A stretch of 64,000 nucleotides of DNA from the NCBI GenBank assembly GCA_963822445.1, contig CAWGHO010000001.1, forward strand, positions 1,344,001 through 1,408,000, written 5' to 3'. The DNA comes from an uncultured Acidobacteriota bacterium. Its GTDB lineage: Bacteria; Acidobacteriota; Thermoanaerobaculia; Gp7-AA8. Positions 44,117-55,000 of the stretch are shown in pieces (position 1 is the stretch's first letter; each line of letters starts with the position of its first letter). The notes beneath the pieces were generated by a model. That model was given only the letters and a program-made list of their open reading frames with translations, had not been told where the DNA came from and did no database searches. Both the position numbers and the translations under genes were made by a program.

Positions 44117-45607
44117 ATGCGAATTTTCGTCTGTGCTCTCGCTCTCCTCGTCAGCGCGTCTCCGGCGTTCGCCTTTCTCGAAGATCTCTGTCAGCCCAGA
44201 AGGGCGAAGGACGGAGCGCTCAGCTGGTGCATCAACCCGAACTGCGTCGCGCCCAACAACAACCCCAACCGCGCCTGCCCGCAACAGCTCGCCGACTTCG
44301 CCTTCATCAAGCCGGGCCGCAGCATGATCCACGCGGACAGCACCTATTTCATCGCCCAGGCCCTCGGATTCCGAGCAGACGTCGCGTACTGGATCGCGGC
44401 GTACGACGAGGTCACCGATTACGGCCAGTACTTCCCCCTCGATCAGTGCGGCGTGCAGGCGTCCACCTCGAACAGCGGCGCGCCGTACATCAGCGCGGCG
44501 TTCAACGGATTCAAGCGGACGAACACGAACACCGACGGGCCGCTGGATCACTACGTCGTGAACTTCTCCCCGAACGGACAAGGAACGGACGTGCACGGCG
44601 CGGGCGGAGTGCAGTCGCTCTATCCGTTCCATTACCCGAAGCCCGGCTATCCGGTGCGCATCGACGACACGTATCAGAAGACGCTCGCCAACCTGCGGCA
44701 GTGGGGACTGCTGAAGACGAACGAGCCGGGCATCCTCTGCACGGTCGGCCTCACCAGCGGCGAGGGCTGTCTGGAAGGGACGATCACCGGCACCGTGCCG
44801 CTGATCATGCGCAGCCAGGCCGGCGTGAAACTGAACGTTCCCGCCGGCAAGAAAGTGCTGAATTACGTGAGCCCGACCAGCTTCACCTACTACGACCAGC
44901 TCGAGTCGGTGCTGCAGGCGTCGACCGGCAAGCTGTGGCTGTCCACGCCGCCCGTGCCGGTGCCCGTGCAGATCGCGCGGTTCGCGCTGTATCTGCATGC
45001 GCTGCAGGACGCGTCGTCGCACGCGACGTATTGCGGCGACGACGCGCCGTCGCCTCCCGGCGGCTCGGACCCGGGCACGTACATGTACCTGAAGAACGCG
45101 AACACGGTGCAGGTCTCGTTCGGCAGCTCGTGCGCGAACAGTCCGCATCTGGCCAGTCACATTCAGGAGACCGGCACCGGCGACGATCCCCTTCCGCTGC
45201 GGGTTTATGTCTCGCTGAACAACACCCTCGATGAGCTGATCAACTTCGGCAACGAAGTGGCCAAGTTCCAGCCCGGCTGGATCGTCAATCCCGAGCTCAT
45301 GCCGCCCAACGTCACCGGCGGAAAGAACGCCCAGGGCTTCAGCGCGGCGGACCTGAAAGCGCTGCTGGTCGGCAAGATCGTTTCCGGAACGGAGTTCTCA
45401 CGCGCCGAGGTCTACCAGTCCGGAATCGTGACCCTGCCCCTGCAGCAGACGAACTCCCTCGATCGCCTCCACGCCATGAACGCCGCCCTGGCCTCATACG
45501 GCGCGACCGTGCAGAAGCAGTCGACGAACCCCGGCGCGTTCACGCCACTCGTGCACATGCCGGGAAATTCGGGGGATCCGAAGAACACCGCTGTCTGCTG
45601 GCAGTGA
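44117..45607 (+). CDS. Secreted Cys-rich protein, possible Zn-dependent phospholipase C/P1-nuclease fold (DUF6765-like)
   Basis: Signal peptide; HADSTYFIAQALGF..IAAYDEVTD and LYLHALQDASSH motifs. Confidence 0.6.
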   Translation: MRIFVCALALLVSASPAFAFLEDLCQPRRAKDGALSWCINPNCVAPNNNPNRACPQQLADFAFIKPGRSMIHADSTYFIAQALGFRADVAYWIAAYDEVTDYGQYFPLDQCGVQASTSNSGAPYISAAFNGFKRTNTNTDGPLDHYVVNFSPNGQGTDVHGAGGVQSLYPFHYPKPGYPVRIDDTYQKTLANLRQWGLLKTNEPGILCTVGLTSGEGCLEGTITGTVPLIMRSQAGVKLNVPAGKKVLNYVSPTSFTYYDQLESVLQASTGKLWLSTPPVPVPVQIARFALYLHALQDASSHATYCGDDAPSPPGGSDPGTYMYLKNANTVQVSFGSSCANSPHLASHIQETGTGDDPLPLRVYVSLNNTLDELINFGNEVAKFQPGWIVNPELMPPNVTGGKNAQGFSAADLKALLVGKIVSGTEFSRAEVYQSGIVTLPLQQTNSLDRLHAMNAALASYGATVQKQSTNPGAFTPLVHMPGNSGDPKNTAVCWQ

Positions 45608-45608
45608 T

Positions 45609-45699
45609 GGTTTCGGGGTTGCGGGGTTTCGGGGTTACGAGGTGGAAAAAGCCTCGCAGCTTCCAACCTCGTAACCCCGAAACCCCGTAACCCCGTAAC
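45609..45699. repeat. Inverted tandem 8-mer hairpin, copy B
   Basis: ggtttcgg ggttgcgg ggtttcgg ggttacga ... aacctcgt aaccccga aaccccgt aaccccgt, between convergent genes. Confidence 0.9.
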
Positions 45700-47252
45700 T
45701 ACCCGCTGCGAATGATCTCCTTCAACATCTCATCCTGCAGGTTGTACACGCCGAAGACGCCGGTTCTGTAGCGGTTGAAGAGGAAGGAGAAGGCGTAGAC
45801 CTTGCCGCTCTGGGCGTGGACGTAGCCGGAGAGGCCGATCACGCCGGAGATGTAGCCGGTCTTGGCGTAGACCTGGCGGGCGAAGGGAGGGCGGCGGAGG
45901 CGGTTGCCGAATTTCGAGTCGGGGTCGCCGGTGTAGGGCAGCGAGCTGACAAACTCCTCGCGCCAGGGGCTCTTCCACATGTAGCGCAGCAGAGTCACGA
46001 ACGCATTTGCCGACGCGCGATTGTCGCGGGACATGCCCGAGCCGTCCGCGGCGCGAAACTCGTGGGCGGGAACGCCGATCTTTCCGGTCAGCCAATCCGT
46101 CACCACGGCGTTGCCCGCCGACCAGCTCCCCTGCTTCTTCACTTCCGCGCCGAGCATCTTCAGGACCTGTTCGGCGTAGTGGTTCTGGCTCTTCTTGTTC
46201 ACCACGTAAATGAGGATGCTCAGCGGCGTGGTGTGCTTGGTCAGCGTGCGCCAGTCAGCGCGCGAATCCTGCGGCGTCAGCACGATCTGCCCGGCGATCT
46301 TCAGCCCGTTCTTCTGCAGGGTCTCGTTCGTGACCGTCGCGAAGTAATGCACCGGATTCTCGATGGTGATGAACACCTCGGTCAGCCCCGACCGCGCCGG
46401 CACGCCGCCGCGCACGATCAGGTTGTTCGAGCCGCGATGGCGGGTGATGAACGGCAACCCTCCGCCGGTCCTGCAGGTGTTCTGCACCGAGACGTACGAC
46501 GTCGGCGGATCGAGCTGCACCACGCAGGGCTTGCCGGCACGGCTGGGCAGCACGCGCACGGCGATGCAGCCTTCCTGCAGGGCGAAGGCGGCGATCGGCG
46601 CTTCGTACCAGGCCACCAGTTGATCGGGAGGCCAGGTCGGATGGATGTACTCCGTGTCGAAGTAGCCGTATTCGAAAATCAGATTGCCGGCGATGTTCTT
46701 GATGCCCGCGCGTTTGAGATCGGAGGCCCACTCCTGGATGACCGCCGTGGCATCCCCGTCGTGAAAGCGTCCGCCGATCGTCGGATCGCCCTTGCCGACG
46801 AACTTCACGTCGCCGTTGAGCGTGCCGCTGGCGTCGACCTCTCCGCGAATGTGAACGCTGGTCGTGACCTCGAACGTCGGCTTCAGCAGATCGATCGCCG
46901 CCGCGGTGGTGAACAGCTTCATGTTCGACGCGGGGGCCAGGGCCATGTGCGGATTGCGCTCGGCCACGACGCGGCCGGACTCCAGCTCGACGATCTGGAT
47001 GCTCGAATCGGCGCCGCGGGCAATCGCGCCGTTGACCAGTGAATTGAGCCGCTCTTCGAACGTGGCCCCCACCGGAACGGTCGGCGCGGGAGGAGGTGCC
47101 TTGCGGGTAACGGCGGGCTTCTTCTTCGGAGTGCTCTTCTTCTTTTTCTTCTTCGACTGCGCGTCCGCGGTCGGGTCAATGAGCGCAATCAGAAGGATCG
47201 CGAGAAGCGCGGCTATGCGCGCGGCCGGGCGAGAGGTCATTGGGAGCGCCAT
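45699..47252 (-). CDS. dacB: D-Ala-D-Ala carboxypeptidase/endopeptidase (PBP4, peptidase S13)
   Basis: PASNMKLFT (SxxK), GKGDPT, KSQN, DGSGMSR, AKTG. Confidence 0.93.
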   Translation of the reverse strand: MALPMTSRPAARIAALLAILLIALIDPTADAQSKKKKKKSTPKKKPAVTRKAPPPAPTVPVGATFEERLNSLVNGAIARGADSSIQIVELESGRVVAERNPHMALAPASNMKLFTTAAAIDLLKPTFEVTTSVHIRGEVDASGTLNGDVKFVGKGDPTIGGRFHDGDATAVIQEWASDLKRAGIKNIAGNLIFEYGYFDTEYIHPTWPPDQLVAWYEAPIAAFALQEGCIAVRVLPSRAGKPCVVQLDPPTSYVSVQNTCRTGGGLPFITRHRGSNNLIVRGGVPARSGLTEVFITIENPVHYFATVTNETLQKNGLKIAGQIVLTPQDSRADWRTLTKHTTPLSILIYVVNKKSQNHYAEQVLKMLGAEVKKQGSWSAGNAVVTDWLTGKIGVPAHEFRAADGSGMSRDNRASANAFVTLLRYMWKSPWREEFVSSLPYTGDPDSKFGNRLRRPPFARQVYAKTGYISGVIGLSGYVHAQSGKVYAFSFLFNRYRTGVFGVYNLQDEMLKEIIRSG

Positions 47253-47275
47253 CGTGCAATTTTGGTGCGAACCGG

Positions 47276-48040
47276 TCAGAGCCGCTGAAAAGGATGTGGT
47301 AACGCCAGCCGGATCCGCTCGTGAATCGCAAACGGCAAACGGCGGCGCACCGTATCGCGAATCTCCTCGCGCGAATAGCGCCGCGAAAAGTGCGTGAGGA
47401 CGATCAGCTCATTGTCGAACCGCTCCGCAAAGTCGGCGATGTCGTCGATGTGAATGTGCCGATACGTCGCGGCGCGGTCCTGATGTCCTTCCGCGAGGAA
47501 CGAGCATTCGATCAGCAGCACCTGCGCCCGGAACAGGGCGTCGCACTGCTCCAGCAGTCCCCGATCGGTGTCGCCGGTGTAGAAAAGGACAGGCGCGTCG
47601 TGTTCGATCAGCTCGTATGCGCGCGCGGCCACGCGATGCGTCGCGGCGTACGCGCGGATCGATCGCGTGCGTCCCAGCCGGATCTCATCGCCCACCGCCA
47701 CGCCCTGAATCTCGATGTGAAATTGCGTTCCGGCGAGCCGCTCCTGAATCGCCAGAACTTCGCGAAAATCGTCGGCGGATTCCGACGGGACGTACACGAT
47801 TCCGCCTTCGAGCTTCTGCAGCCGCCGCTGCGCCGCGTAAAACGCGATTCCCGCCGAGTGATCGAGATGTGCGTGGGTGATGAAGACCTGCGGCATCGGC
47901 ACGACCATGTCCGGGCAGCGGCCGATGTCGAGGGCGAGACCGAATTCGCGGATGCGGAAGACGGTCTCATGCCCCGAGCGCGAACGCCCTTCCAGCAGGA
48001 AGTGATCGGTCTGGAGGGTGAAGAATTCTTTGTCGTTCAC
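47276..48040 (-). CDS. MBL-fold hydrolase, RNase Z-like
   Basis: THAHLDH, YTGDT, LLIECSF, LTHFSRRY. Confidence 0.82.
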   Translation of the reverse strand: MNDKEFFTLQTDHFLLEGRSRSGHETVFRIREFGLALDIGRCPDMVVPMPQVFITHAHLDHSAGIAFYAAQRRLQKLEGGIVYVPSESADDFREVLAIQERLAGTQFHIEIQGVAVGDEIRLGRTRSIRAYAATHRVAARAYELIEHDAPVLFYTGDTDRGLLEQCDALFRAQVLLIECSFLAEGHQDRAATYRHIHIDDIADFAERFDNELIVLTHFSRRYSREEIRDTVRRRLPFAIHERIRLALPHPFQRL

Positions 48041-48795
48041 GAAAGCCGCTCGACGAAAGGGATCACTTCGCGCAACTCGCGCACCACCGCGTCGGGCACG
48101 ATCTCCAGCCCATGATCGACCGGCGGCGCTACGGCGGTACCGCGCTTTTCCGGCACGAAGTGGATGCCCCGCATGCCCAGCCGCTGCGCCCCGTGCACGT
48201 CGGCGTAGAGGTTGTCGCCGACGAAGACCATCTCCTCGTACGCGACGTCGAGCCCGCGTCGAAGCTCTTCGAAGATCGACGTGACCGGCTTGCAGAAGCC
48301 ATGTTCGTTGGAGAAGACCATCACGTCGATCGAGGGCGCCAACCCAAGCTCTTCGAGAATGCGCCGCAACGCGTACCCGGGCGTGCGGCCGGTATTGCTG
48401 ATCAAGCCGACGCTGAATCCGCGCGACTTCAGCTCACCGAGCGTCTCCGCCGCGCCATCGACCACAGCCGGCAACACCTCCACCGCGGCATGGGCGTACG
48501 CATCTTCGAGCGCGGCCAGGGTCGGCTCGTCTTTGACCTGGAGCTCGAGCTCGTCGAGAAAGTGCTCGATCTGCGTGCGGCAGGGCACGTCCCTGTCCGC
48601 CGACCAGTACAGCTCCTGGCAGCGGTGCCACAGCGCGCGATACGCATGCTCGATGCGATCGGCAAGTGCCGCGTACCCGCTCTCCGCGAGGATCTGCTCC
48701 ATCCGCGTGAGCCGCAGCCGCTCCTGCTCGCGCGACAGCGCGGGAGTATCGGTGATGAGGGTTTCCCAGAGATCGAAGGAGATGGCTTTGATCAT
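48037..48795 (-). CDS. HAD-superfamily hydrolase
   Basis: FDLWETL, ISN, CKP, VGDNLYAD. Confidence 0.88.
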   Translation of the reverse strand: MIKAISFDLWETLITDTPALSREQERLRLTRMEQILAESGYAALADRIEHAYRALWHRCQELYWSADRDVPCRTQIEHFLDELELQVKDEPTLAALEDAYAHAAVEVLPAVVDGAAETLGELKSRGFSVGLISNTGRTPGYALRRILEELGLAPSIDVMVFSNEHGFCKPVTSIFEELRRGLDVAYEEMVFVGDNLYADVHGAQRLGMRGIHFVPEKRGTAVAPPVDHGLEIVPDAVVRELREVIPFVERLS

Positions 48796-48797
48796 TT

Positions 48798-48893
48798 GGT
48801 TCCGGGGTTACGAAGTTACGAGTTACGGGGTTACGGGGTTGCGGGTTGTTGGGGTGGATAGCGATTGCGTAACCCCGAAACCCCGAAACAACC
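48798..48893. repeat. Inverted tandem 8-mer hairpin, copy C
   Basis: ggttccgg ggttacga agttacg agttacgg ggttacgg ggttgcg ... cgtaaccc cgaaaccc cgaaac. Confidence 0.85.
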
Positions 48894-49193
48894 TCAGTTC
48901 AGCTTCACCCGCCCCCCGAACCCTTCCTCGTATCCATGAAAGTACTCGAGGGCGGGCTCGGGATGCCGCCAGCAGTAGTAGCCGCCGCCGCTGTCGAAGT
49001 CGACGAGCCAGAGGCCTTTGACCTCGATGCCGAGGGCCATCACCGACTCGGCCCAGTCGGCGACGATCTGCTGATAGACCTCCGGTTCGGCTTCGTCGAT
49101 CTGCTCGACCTGCTCCACGGCGACGTCGGTGAGGCGCTGGACTTCGGGGAGCAGCGCGCAGGCATCTTCATAGGAAAAGATTTTCTTCGGCAT
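48894..49193 (-). CDS. DUF2203-family protein
   Basis: FSYEDACALLPEV, GIEVKGLWLVDF, YCWRHPE, HGYEEGFGGR. Confidence 0.85.
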   Translation of the reverse strand: MPKKIFSYEDACALLPEVQRLTDVAVEQVEQIDEAEPEVYQQIVADWAESVMALGIEVKGLWLVDFDSGGGYYCWRHPEPALEYFHGYEEGFGGRVKLN

Positions 49194-49292
49194 CGAAGCG
49201 GCAGTCTATCTAACTAGGCCAACTGGCAACCGACTCTGCCGTGTGCTAAAACGCCGGTTGCATTCGGCAGGTACAACGAGGAGGACATACCG

Positions 49293-49532
49293 ATGTCGGT
49301 AGAGGAAAGGGTCAAGTCCATCATCGTCGAGCAACTCGGCGTGGATGCCGAGGAAGTTACCGCGGAAGCTTCATTCGTCGAGGACCTCGGCGCCGATTCA
49401 CTCGATACGGTCGAGCTGATCATGGCCTTCGAGGAAGAGTTCGGCGTGGAGATCTCCGACGACGAGGCGGAAAAGATCCGCAAAGTCCGCGACGCGGTCG
49501 AGTACATCGACAAGCGCGCCAAGGCTTCGTAG
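49293..49532 (+). CDS. acpP: Acyl carrier protein
   Basis: [12 protein letters not shown]; GAGGAGG RBS. Confidence 0.97.
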   Translation: MSVEERVKSIIVEQLGVDAEEVTAEASFVEDLGADSLDTVELIMAFEEEFGVEISDDEAEKIRKVRDAVEYIDKRAKAS

Positions 49533-49549
49533 CCCGCCCAGCCCACCCG

Positions 49550-49626
49550 GTGGTCAGTGGTCAGTTGTCAGTGGTCAGTTGCACTGTCCATAACTCCTGA
49601 CCACTGATCACTGACCACTGACCACT
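49550..49626. repeat. Inverted tandem 7-mer hairpin (GTGGTCA)n / (CTGACCA)n
   Basis: Four units per arm in the acpP-fabF spacer. Confidence 0.9.
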
Positions 49627-49637
49627 CACACCACCCA

Positions 49638-50883
49638 ATGACCAAACGTCGTGTCGTCGTCACCGGCTTGGGAATGATCTCCCCCCTCGGCGTAGGGAAC
49701 GCCCCCACCTGGCAGGGCCTCGTCGACGGACGCTCCGGCATCGGACAGATCACCAAGTTCGATGCGACGGACTACGCCTGCCGCATCGCCGGCGAGATCA
49801 GGGATTTCAACGCCGAGGACTACATCGAGAAGAAAGAGGTCAAGAAGTCGGACACGTTCATCCACTACGCCGTCGCCGCCGCGACGATGGCTGCCGAGGA
49901 TGCCGGGTTCGATTCGGCCAAGGAAGATCAGGATCGCGTCGGCGTGATCATCGGCTCGGGCATCGGCGGTCTCCCGCTGATCGAGGAGATGCACAAGAAG
50001 CTGATCGAGCGCGGACCGTCGCGGATCTCTCCCTTCTTCATCCCCGGGCTGATCGTGAATCTCGCCGCGGGGCACATTTCCATCCGCTTCGGTTGCAAAG
50101 GTCCGAGCTCCGCTCCGGCGACCGCCTGCGCGACCGGCGCTCATGCGATCGGTGACGCGGCGAAAATCATCCGCTACGACGAAGCCGACGTGATGTTCGC
50201 CGGCGGCAGCGAGGCGGTGATCACGTCACTCGCGGTCGGCGGATTCGCGGCCATGCGGGCGCTGTCCACGCGCAATGACGAGCCGCAACGCGCATCGCGT
50301 CCCTGGGACGCGCAGCGCGACGGCTTCGTGATGGGCGAAGGGGCGGGCGTGCTGATTCTCGAAGAACGCGAGCATGCGCTGGCGCGCGGCGCGACGATTT
50401 ACTGCGAGCTGACCGGCTACGGCATGTCCAGCGACGCGTTCCACATCACCTCGCCGGCCGAGGATGGCAGCGGCATGGCGCGAGTGATGGCCCGGGCGCT
50501 GAAAGATGCGGGACTGCAGCCGACCGACATCAACTACATCAACGCGCACGGCACGTCGACACCCGTCGGCGACCAGCACCGAGACCGTCGCCATCAAGAC
50601 CGTCTTCGGCGAAGACGCGTACAAGATTCCGGTGAGCTCGACCAAGTCCATGACCGGTCACCTCCTCGGCGCCGCCGGCGGCCTGGAGTCGGCGATTGCG
50701 GCGATGACGATCAAGACGGGGATCATCCCGCCGACGATCAACTACGAGAACCCCGATCCGGTGTGCGATCTCGACTACGTGCCGAACACGGCCCGGAAGG
50801 TCGAGAACATCACGCACGTGCTGTCGAACTCGTTCGGCTTCGGCGGGACGAACGCGACGCTGATTTTCTCGAGACACGAGTAG
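49638..50883 (+). CDS. fabF: Beta-ketoacyl-ACP synthase II (apparent frameshift near 50575)
   Basis: [22 protein letters not shown], then [12 protein letters not shown] and [10 protein letters not shown] in a second frame. Confidence 0.93.
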
Positions 50884-50950
50884 TTTCGGGGTTATGAGGA
50901 GACGCGCGTTGATTTGCGCGGCGCGTACTTTGCACTGTAAAGTACTCGCC

Positions 50951-52060
50951 ATGAAATACGACATTGCCGTCATCGGGGCCGGGCTGGCCGGCCTGCAGTG
51001 CGCGCGGCTCCTCGCCTCGCGCGGTCTCCGCGTGGTCATCGTCGACCGCAAGCCGACCGTGACCGGTCCCGTCCACACCACGGGGATCTTCGTGCGGAAA
51101 ACGTGGGAAGACTTCCCCCTGCCGGAGGAACAGCTCGGTCCGCCCATCCGCGAGGTGATCCTCTACTCCCCCGCCCGCCGCCCGTTCGCGCTGCACGCGC
51201 AACGCGACGAGTTCCGCGTCGGACGGATGGCCTGGCTACAGTTGTGGATGCTCGAGCAATGCACGCGGGCGGGCGTGGAGTGGATCCCCGGAGCGCGGGT
51301 GATCGCGTGCGATGCGCAATCGATCACCATCGTGCGGAATGGAAAACGGGAGACGATCGCGGCGCGGTTCATCGTCGGCGCGGACGGCGCGCGGTCGATG
51401 GTCGCCGAGCAGCTCGAACTCGATCGCAATCGCGAGCTGCTCGTCGGCGTCGAGGAAGTGGTGCCGCCGATCTCCCGCGAGCGGGTCCTGCACTGCTTCG
51501 TCGATCCCCGCCTGGCTCCCGGCTACATCGGCTGGGTGGCGAACGACGGCGAGGAAGCGCACATCGGCGTGGCCGGGTATCGCCGCGGATGGGATCCGTC
51601 GCGCGCGCTGCAGATATTTCGCGGCAGCCTGCCCTGGTCACCGGGTCGCACGATCGAGCGCCGCGGCGGCCTGATTCCGGTCGGCGGCATCCTGCGGCGC
51701 ATCGCGTCACCACGGGGACTGCTCGTCGGCGATGCCGCCGGCGCAGTCTCGCCGCTCACCGCGGGTGGACTCGACGGCGCGCTGCGGCTCTCCTCCTTCG
51801 CGTCGGACGTCATCGCGGCCTATCTCGAGCGCGGCGACGCGAGCATCCTCGCCCAGTACACCGGCGACCGTTTCCGGGCGCGCTTCATCGCCCGGCGCTG
51901 GATGCGTCACGCCATCCGCACGGTGAGCACGCCGCTGGTCGCGGAAGCAGCACTGGCGATGCTGCGCCTTCCGGCGATGCGCGGCATCGCCGAGCATGTC
52001 TTCTTCGCGCGCGGCTCGTTCCCCGACATGAAGCTCGAGCTGACGCCTAGTCGCGCTTGA
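50951..52060 (+). CDS. Geranylgeranyl-reductase-family FAD oxidoreductase
   Basis: IGAGLAG, IVGADGARS, LVGDAAGAVSPLTAGG. Confidence 0.82.
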   Translation: MKYDIAVIGAGLAGLQCARLLASRGLRVVIVDRKPTVTGPVHTTGIFVRKTWEDFPLPEEQLGPPIREVILYSPARRPFALHAQRDEFRVGRMAWLQLWMLEQCTRAGVEWIPGARVIACDAQSITIVRNGKRETIAARFIVGADGARSMVAEQLELDRNRELLVGVEEVVPPISRERVLHCFVDPRLAPGYIGWVANDGEEAHIGVAGYRRGWDPSRALQIFRGSLPWSPGRTIERRGGLIPVGGILRRIASPRGLLVGDAAGAVSPLTAGGLDGALRLSSFASDVIAAYLERGDASILAQYTGDRFRARFIARRWMRHAIRTVSTPLVAEAALAMLRLPAMRGIAEHVFFARGSFPDMKLELTPSRA

Positions 52061-55000
52061 CCGGTTTGAGCTCGATGCGAACGGAAGGCGTGCCCGGCAC
52101 GACCAGCGGCGCCGTCTTCGGCTCGTAGTCACGGGCGAGGACGCGCAGCGTGTAGCTGCCGGGCTTCAGCCAGTAACGATACCCACCCGCTGGATCCGAC
52201 GTCGCGGGGCGGGAATCGCCGCTGACCACCTGTCCCGACGCGTCCAGGACCGCCACGTAGGCCTCGACACTCTTCCCTGTCGATGCGTCGACGAGCTGTA
52301 CGACTACTTGCTCGCCGCGGGTCACGGTCAGCTCGACGTCGACGTCGCTCGCGCCCACCACGACCTCGAGCGCATCGCCGGCGAAGCCGTCCTTGCTCGC
52401 GCGCAGCACGTGCTTGCCTTCGCTCGCGAACTCGATGACGAACCGCCCCGAGCTGTCGGCGCGAATCTCGGTGCCGGCGCGTCCTTCCTTCGACATCACC
52501 ACGATCCTGGCGTCGCCGACAGGCGCGCGCGTAGTCGCATCGACCACCCGTCCTCGGATCGTGGCACCGCTGACATCGATGTCGTGGGTCATGTCGCCAC
52601 GAATGTCGATCTTGCCGGCCTCGATCGTGCCGGTGGTCTGGAGACTCACCATCACCCGGTATTCGCCGGGAGCGGTGACCCGCGTCTCGTACGTGCCGTC
52701 CGCCCGGACCTCGGCCATGGCCGGTCCCGCGGAGTTGGCGCGATCGGCCGGAACGAAATGCAACATCCCCTGTGCGGGCTTGCCGCGGCGGGTCACACGG
52801 CCGCGAATCGCGAATCCGGCGTTGAAATCGAGGTCGACGAACGGCGCCGTCCCGCCCACGACTTTGACATTGGCCGTGATGCGCCGCCGCGATCCACGGT
52901 TGTGCTGCGCGCTGACGACGACGTCCCCCTCCGTCACGCCGCTGATCGTGAACGCGCCACTCGCGTCCACCGTGCCATGAGCCATGTGCGAGCTCGTCGG
53001 CTGGCGGCCCATCGCGCTGACGATGACGTACGCGAGCTCCGCGGGCGGGAGTCCGCTCACGCGCCCGGTCACTTTGCCGCCTCGGTCGAGGGTGATGGTC
53101 ATCGACGTCGTCGTGGCCGCGTTCACCTCCACCGTCGCTTCGGCGTATCCCTGCTTTCGTGCGGAGATCTTGTAGACCTCGTCGCCCAGGCCCTCGATGC
53201 GGAACGCGCCTTCCGCGTCGGTGGTGATATTCGATGAATACTCGAATCGCCCTCTTCCGCCGGAGCGCGACGGAAAGACCTCCGCCGCCGCCACCGGCTT
53301 TCCTTCGGCATCGATCACCCGGCCATGCAGCTCCCGGCCACGCGAGAGCTCGACGTCGCCGCGCACTTCCTTTCCGACCTCGACGTTCACGGTGATGGAG
53401 CGGCTCACGTATCCCTGTTTCCGCACCGTCACCTCGTGAGACCCCGCGCTGAGCGTGTCGAGCACGTACTCGCCGTTCGCATCGGTCTCTTTCATGCTCG
53501 CCGAGCGTCCGTACGATTCCCCGCCACTGATCACCGTCGCACCGGCCAGCGGCCGCCCGCCGGAATGCACACGGCCGGCAACGGTGCCCGCGCGCTCGAG
53601 CGATATCTCGACTTTGACCGGCTTTCCCTCCGGCACTTCGACAGCGGTCGTCGTGGCCCGCGCATAGCCGGGCGAAGTCGCAACGACGTCGACCGTGCCG
53701 GGGGCGACGTCCTCGAAAACGAACCGGCCGTCGTCAGCTGTAAACGGGCGCGTCCCCGGGGAGCGGAAGCCACCGCGCTGTTCCAGGGAGACGCTGAACT
53801 GCTTCACCGGCCGCTGCCCCTCGCGCTCGACCACCCGCCCTTCGATGCTTCCGTAGCGCGGAAGCTTCAGGACGACCTCGTTCGACGGTGCCGTCACGTC
53901 GACGGAGTCTCCCCGCATCGGAAAGCCGGACGCGGTCACCGAGAGCGTCACTTTGCCCGGGCGAACATTGCGGATGGTGAAGCGGCCGTCGACCACCGGC
54001 GTCGACGTCTGGAAGTCGCCGGCAACGAGGACATTCGCGGGAATCGTGAGCGGCGTTCCGTCGGACCAGGTCACCCGTCCTTCGATTACCGCCCCGCGCT
54101 CCAGTTCGATCACCAGCGGCGAATCGGCCGCCCTGAGCGTCTGTCCGCGAAGTTGCGTCTCGACAGTGGTCACGCCGCCGGCGCGAATGTCGTAAGGCAC
54201 ATCGGCCGCGTCGAAGGTCACTTTGCCTTCAGCATCCGTGCGACATCCGGGGAGCTCCGTCGCCACGTCGCATCGAAGAGCGGCGACCTGAAAGCGCGAG
54301 CCACTGACATCACTCTGCCGGCTGATCGTCACCGGTTCGTCGGCGATCGCGACGCCGTCCGGATCCACGAGCTTGATGGTGAACCTCGTCCCGCGCGTGA
54401 GCACGATGCGAATGCCGGATTTGCTTTCGCCCGGCTCGGCCCGAACCGGACCGTATGTGGCGCTCACGTACGAAGGCTTCGTGACTTCGATCGTCGACGC
54501 GCGCTCCCGCGACGGAAGGCGCATCGAGAACGAGCCATCCGGCGCGGTGTAGGTGCGCCAGGCCGGGCCCAGGGTTGCGACCAGCGCGCCGCTGACGGCT
54601 TTCTTCTGTTCGTCCACGACCATGCCCGAAAGGCGGCTGACCGGCGTAGCCGCCAGCGCCCGTTCGATTCGCATGCCTTCCGCCGCCGTGATCTCGCTCA
54701 TCACGCCGTCGAATCCGGGATGCGTCAGGACCAGTTGCGCATTGCCCGCGGGCAGCGCCTCGAGCACGAACGCACCGCGGCTGTCGGTGATGGCGTTCGG
54801 ACCGAACGGTAACGCGCCGTCGCCGCGCACCGACACGCGCATTCCAGCGATTGGTGTGTCGTCCTTCGTGCTGCGAACGGTTCCGATGACTGTCGCGCCC
54901 GGACGGAGGACGATCGTTTCGGCGTCGCGCTTAGCACTGCCGATGCGCGTTCCCGCGCGAGCGGTGAGTGACTTCACCGAGGGCGACAGATGCGCGATGG

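Noticed and set aside
49293-52060. acpP-fabF plus FAD reductase as a type II PKS cluster
   Set aside because: ACP and FabF are canonical fatty-acid synthesis types; no chain-length factor or tailoring cluster is present.
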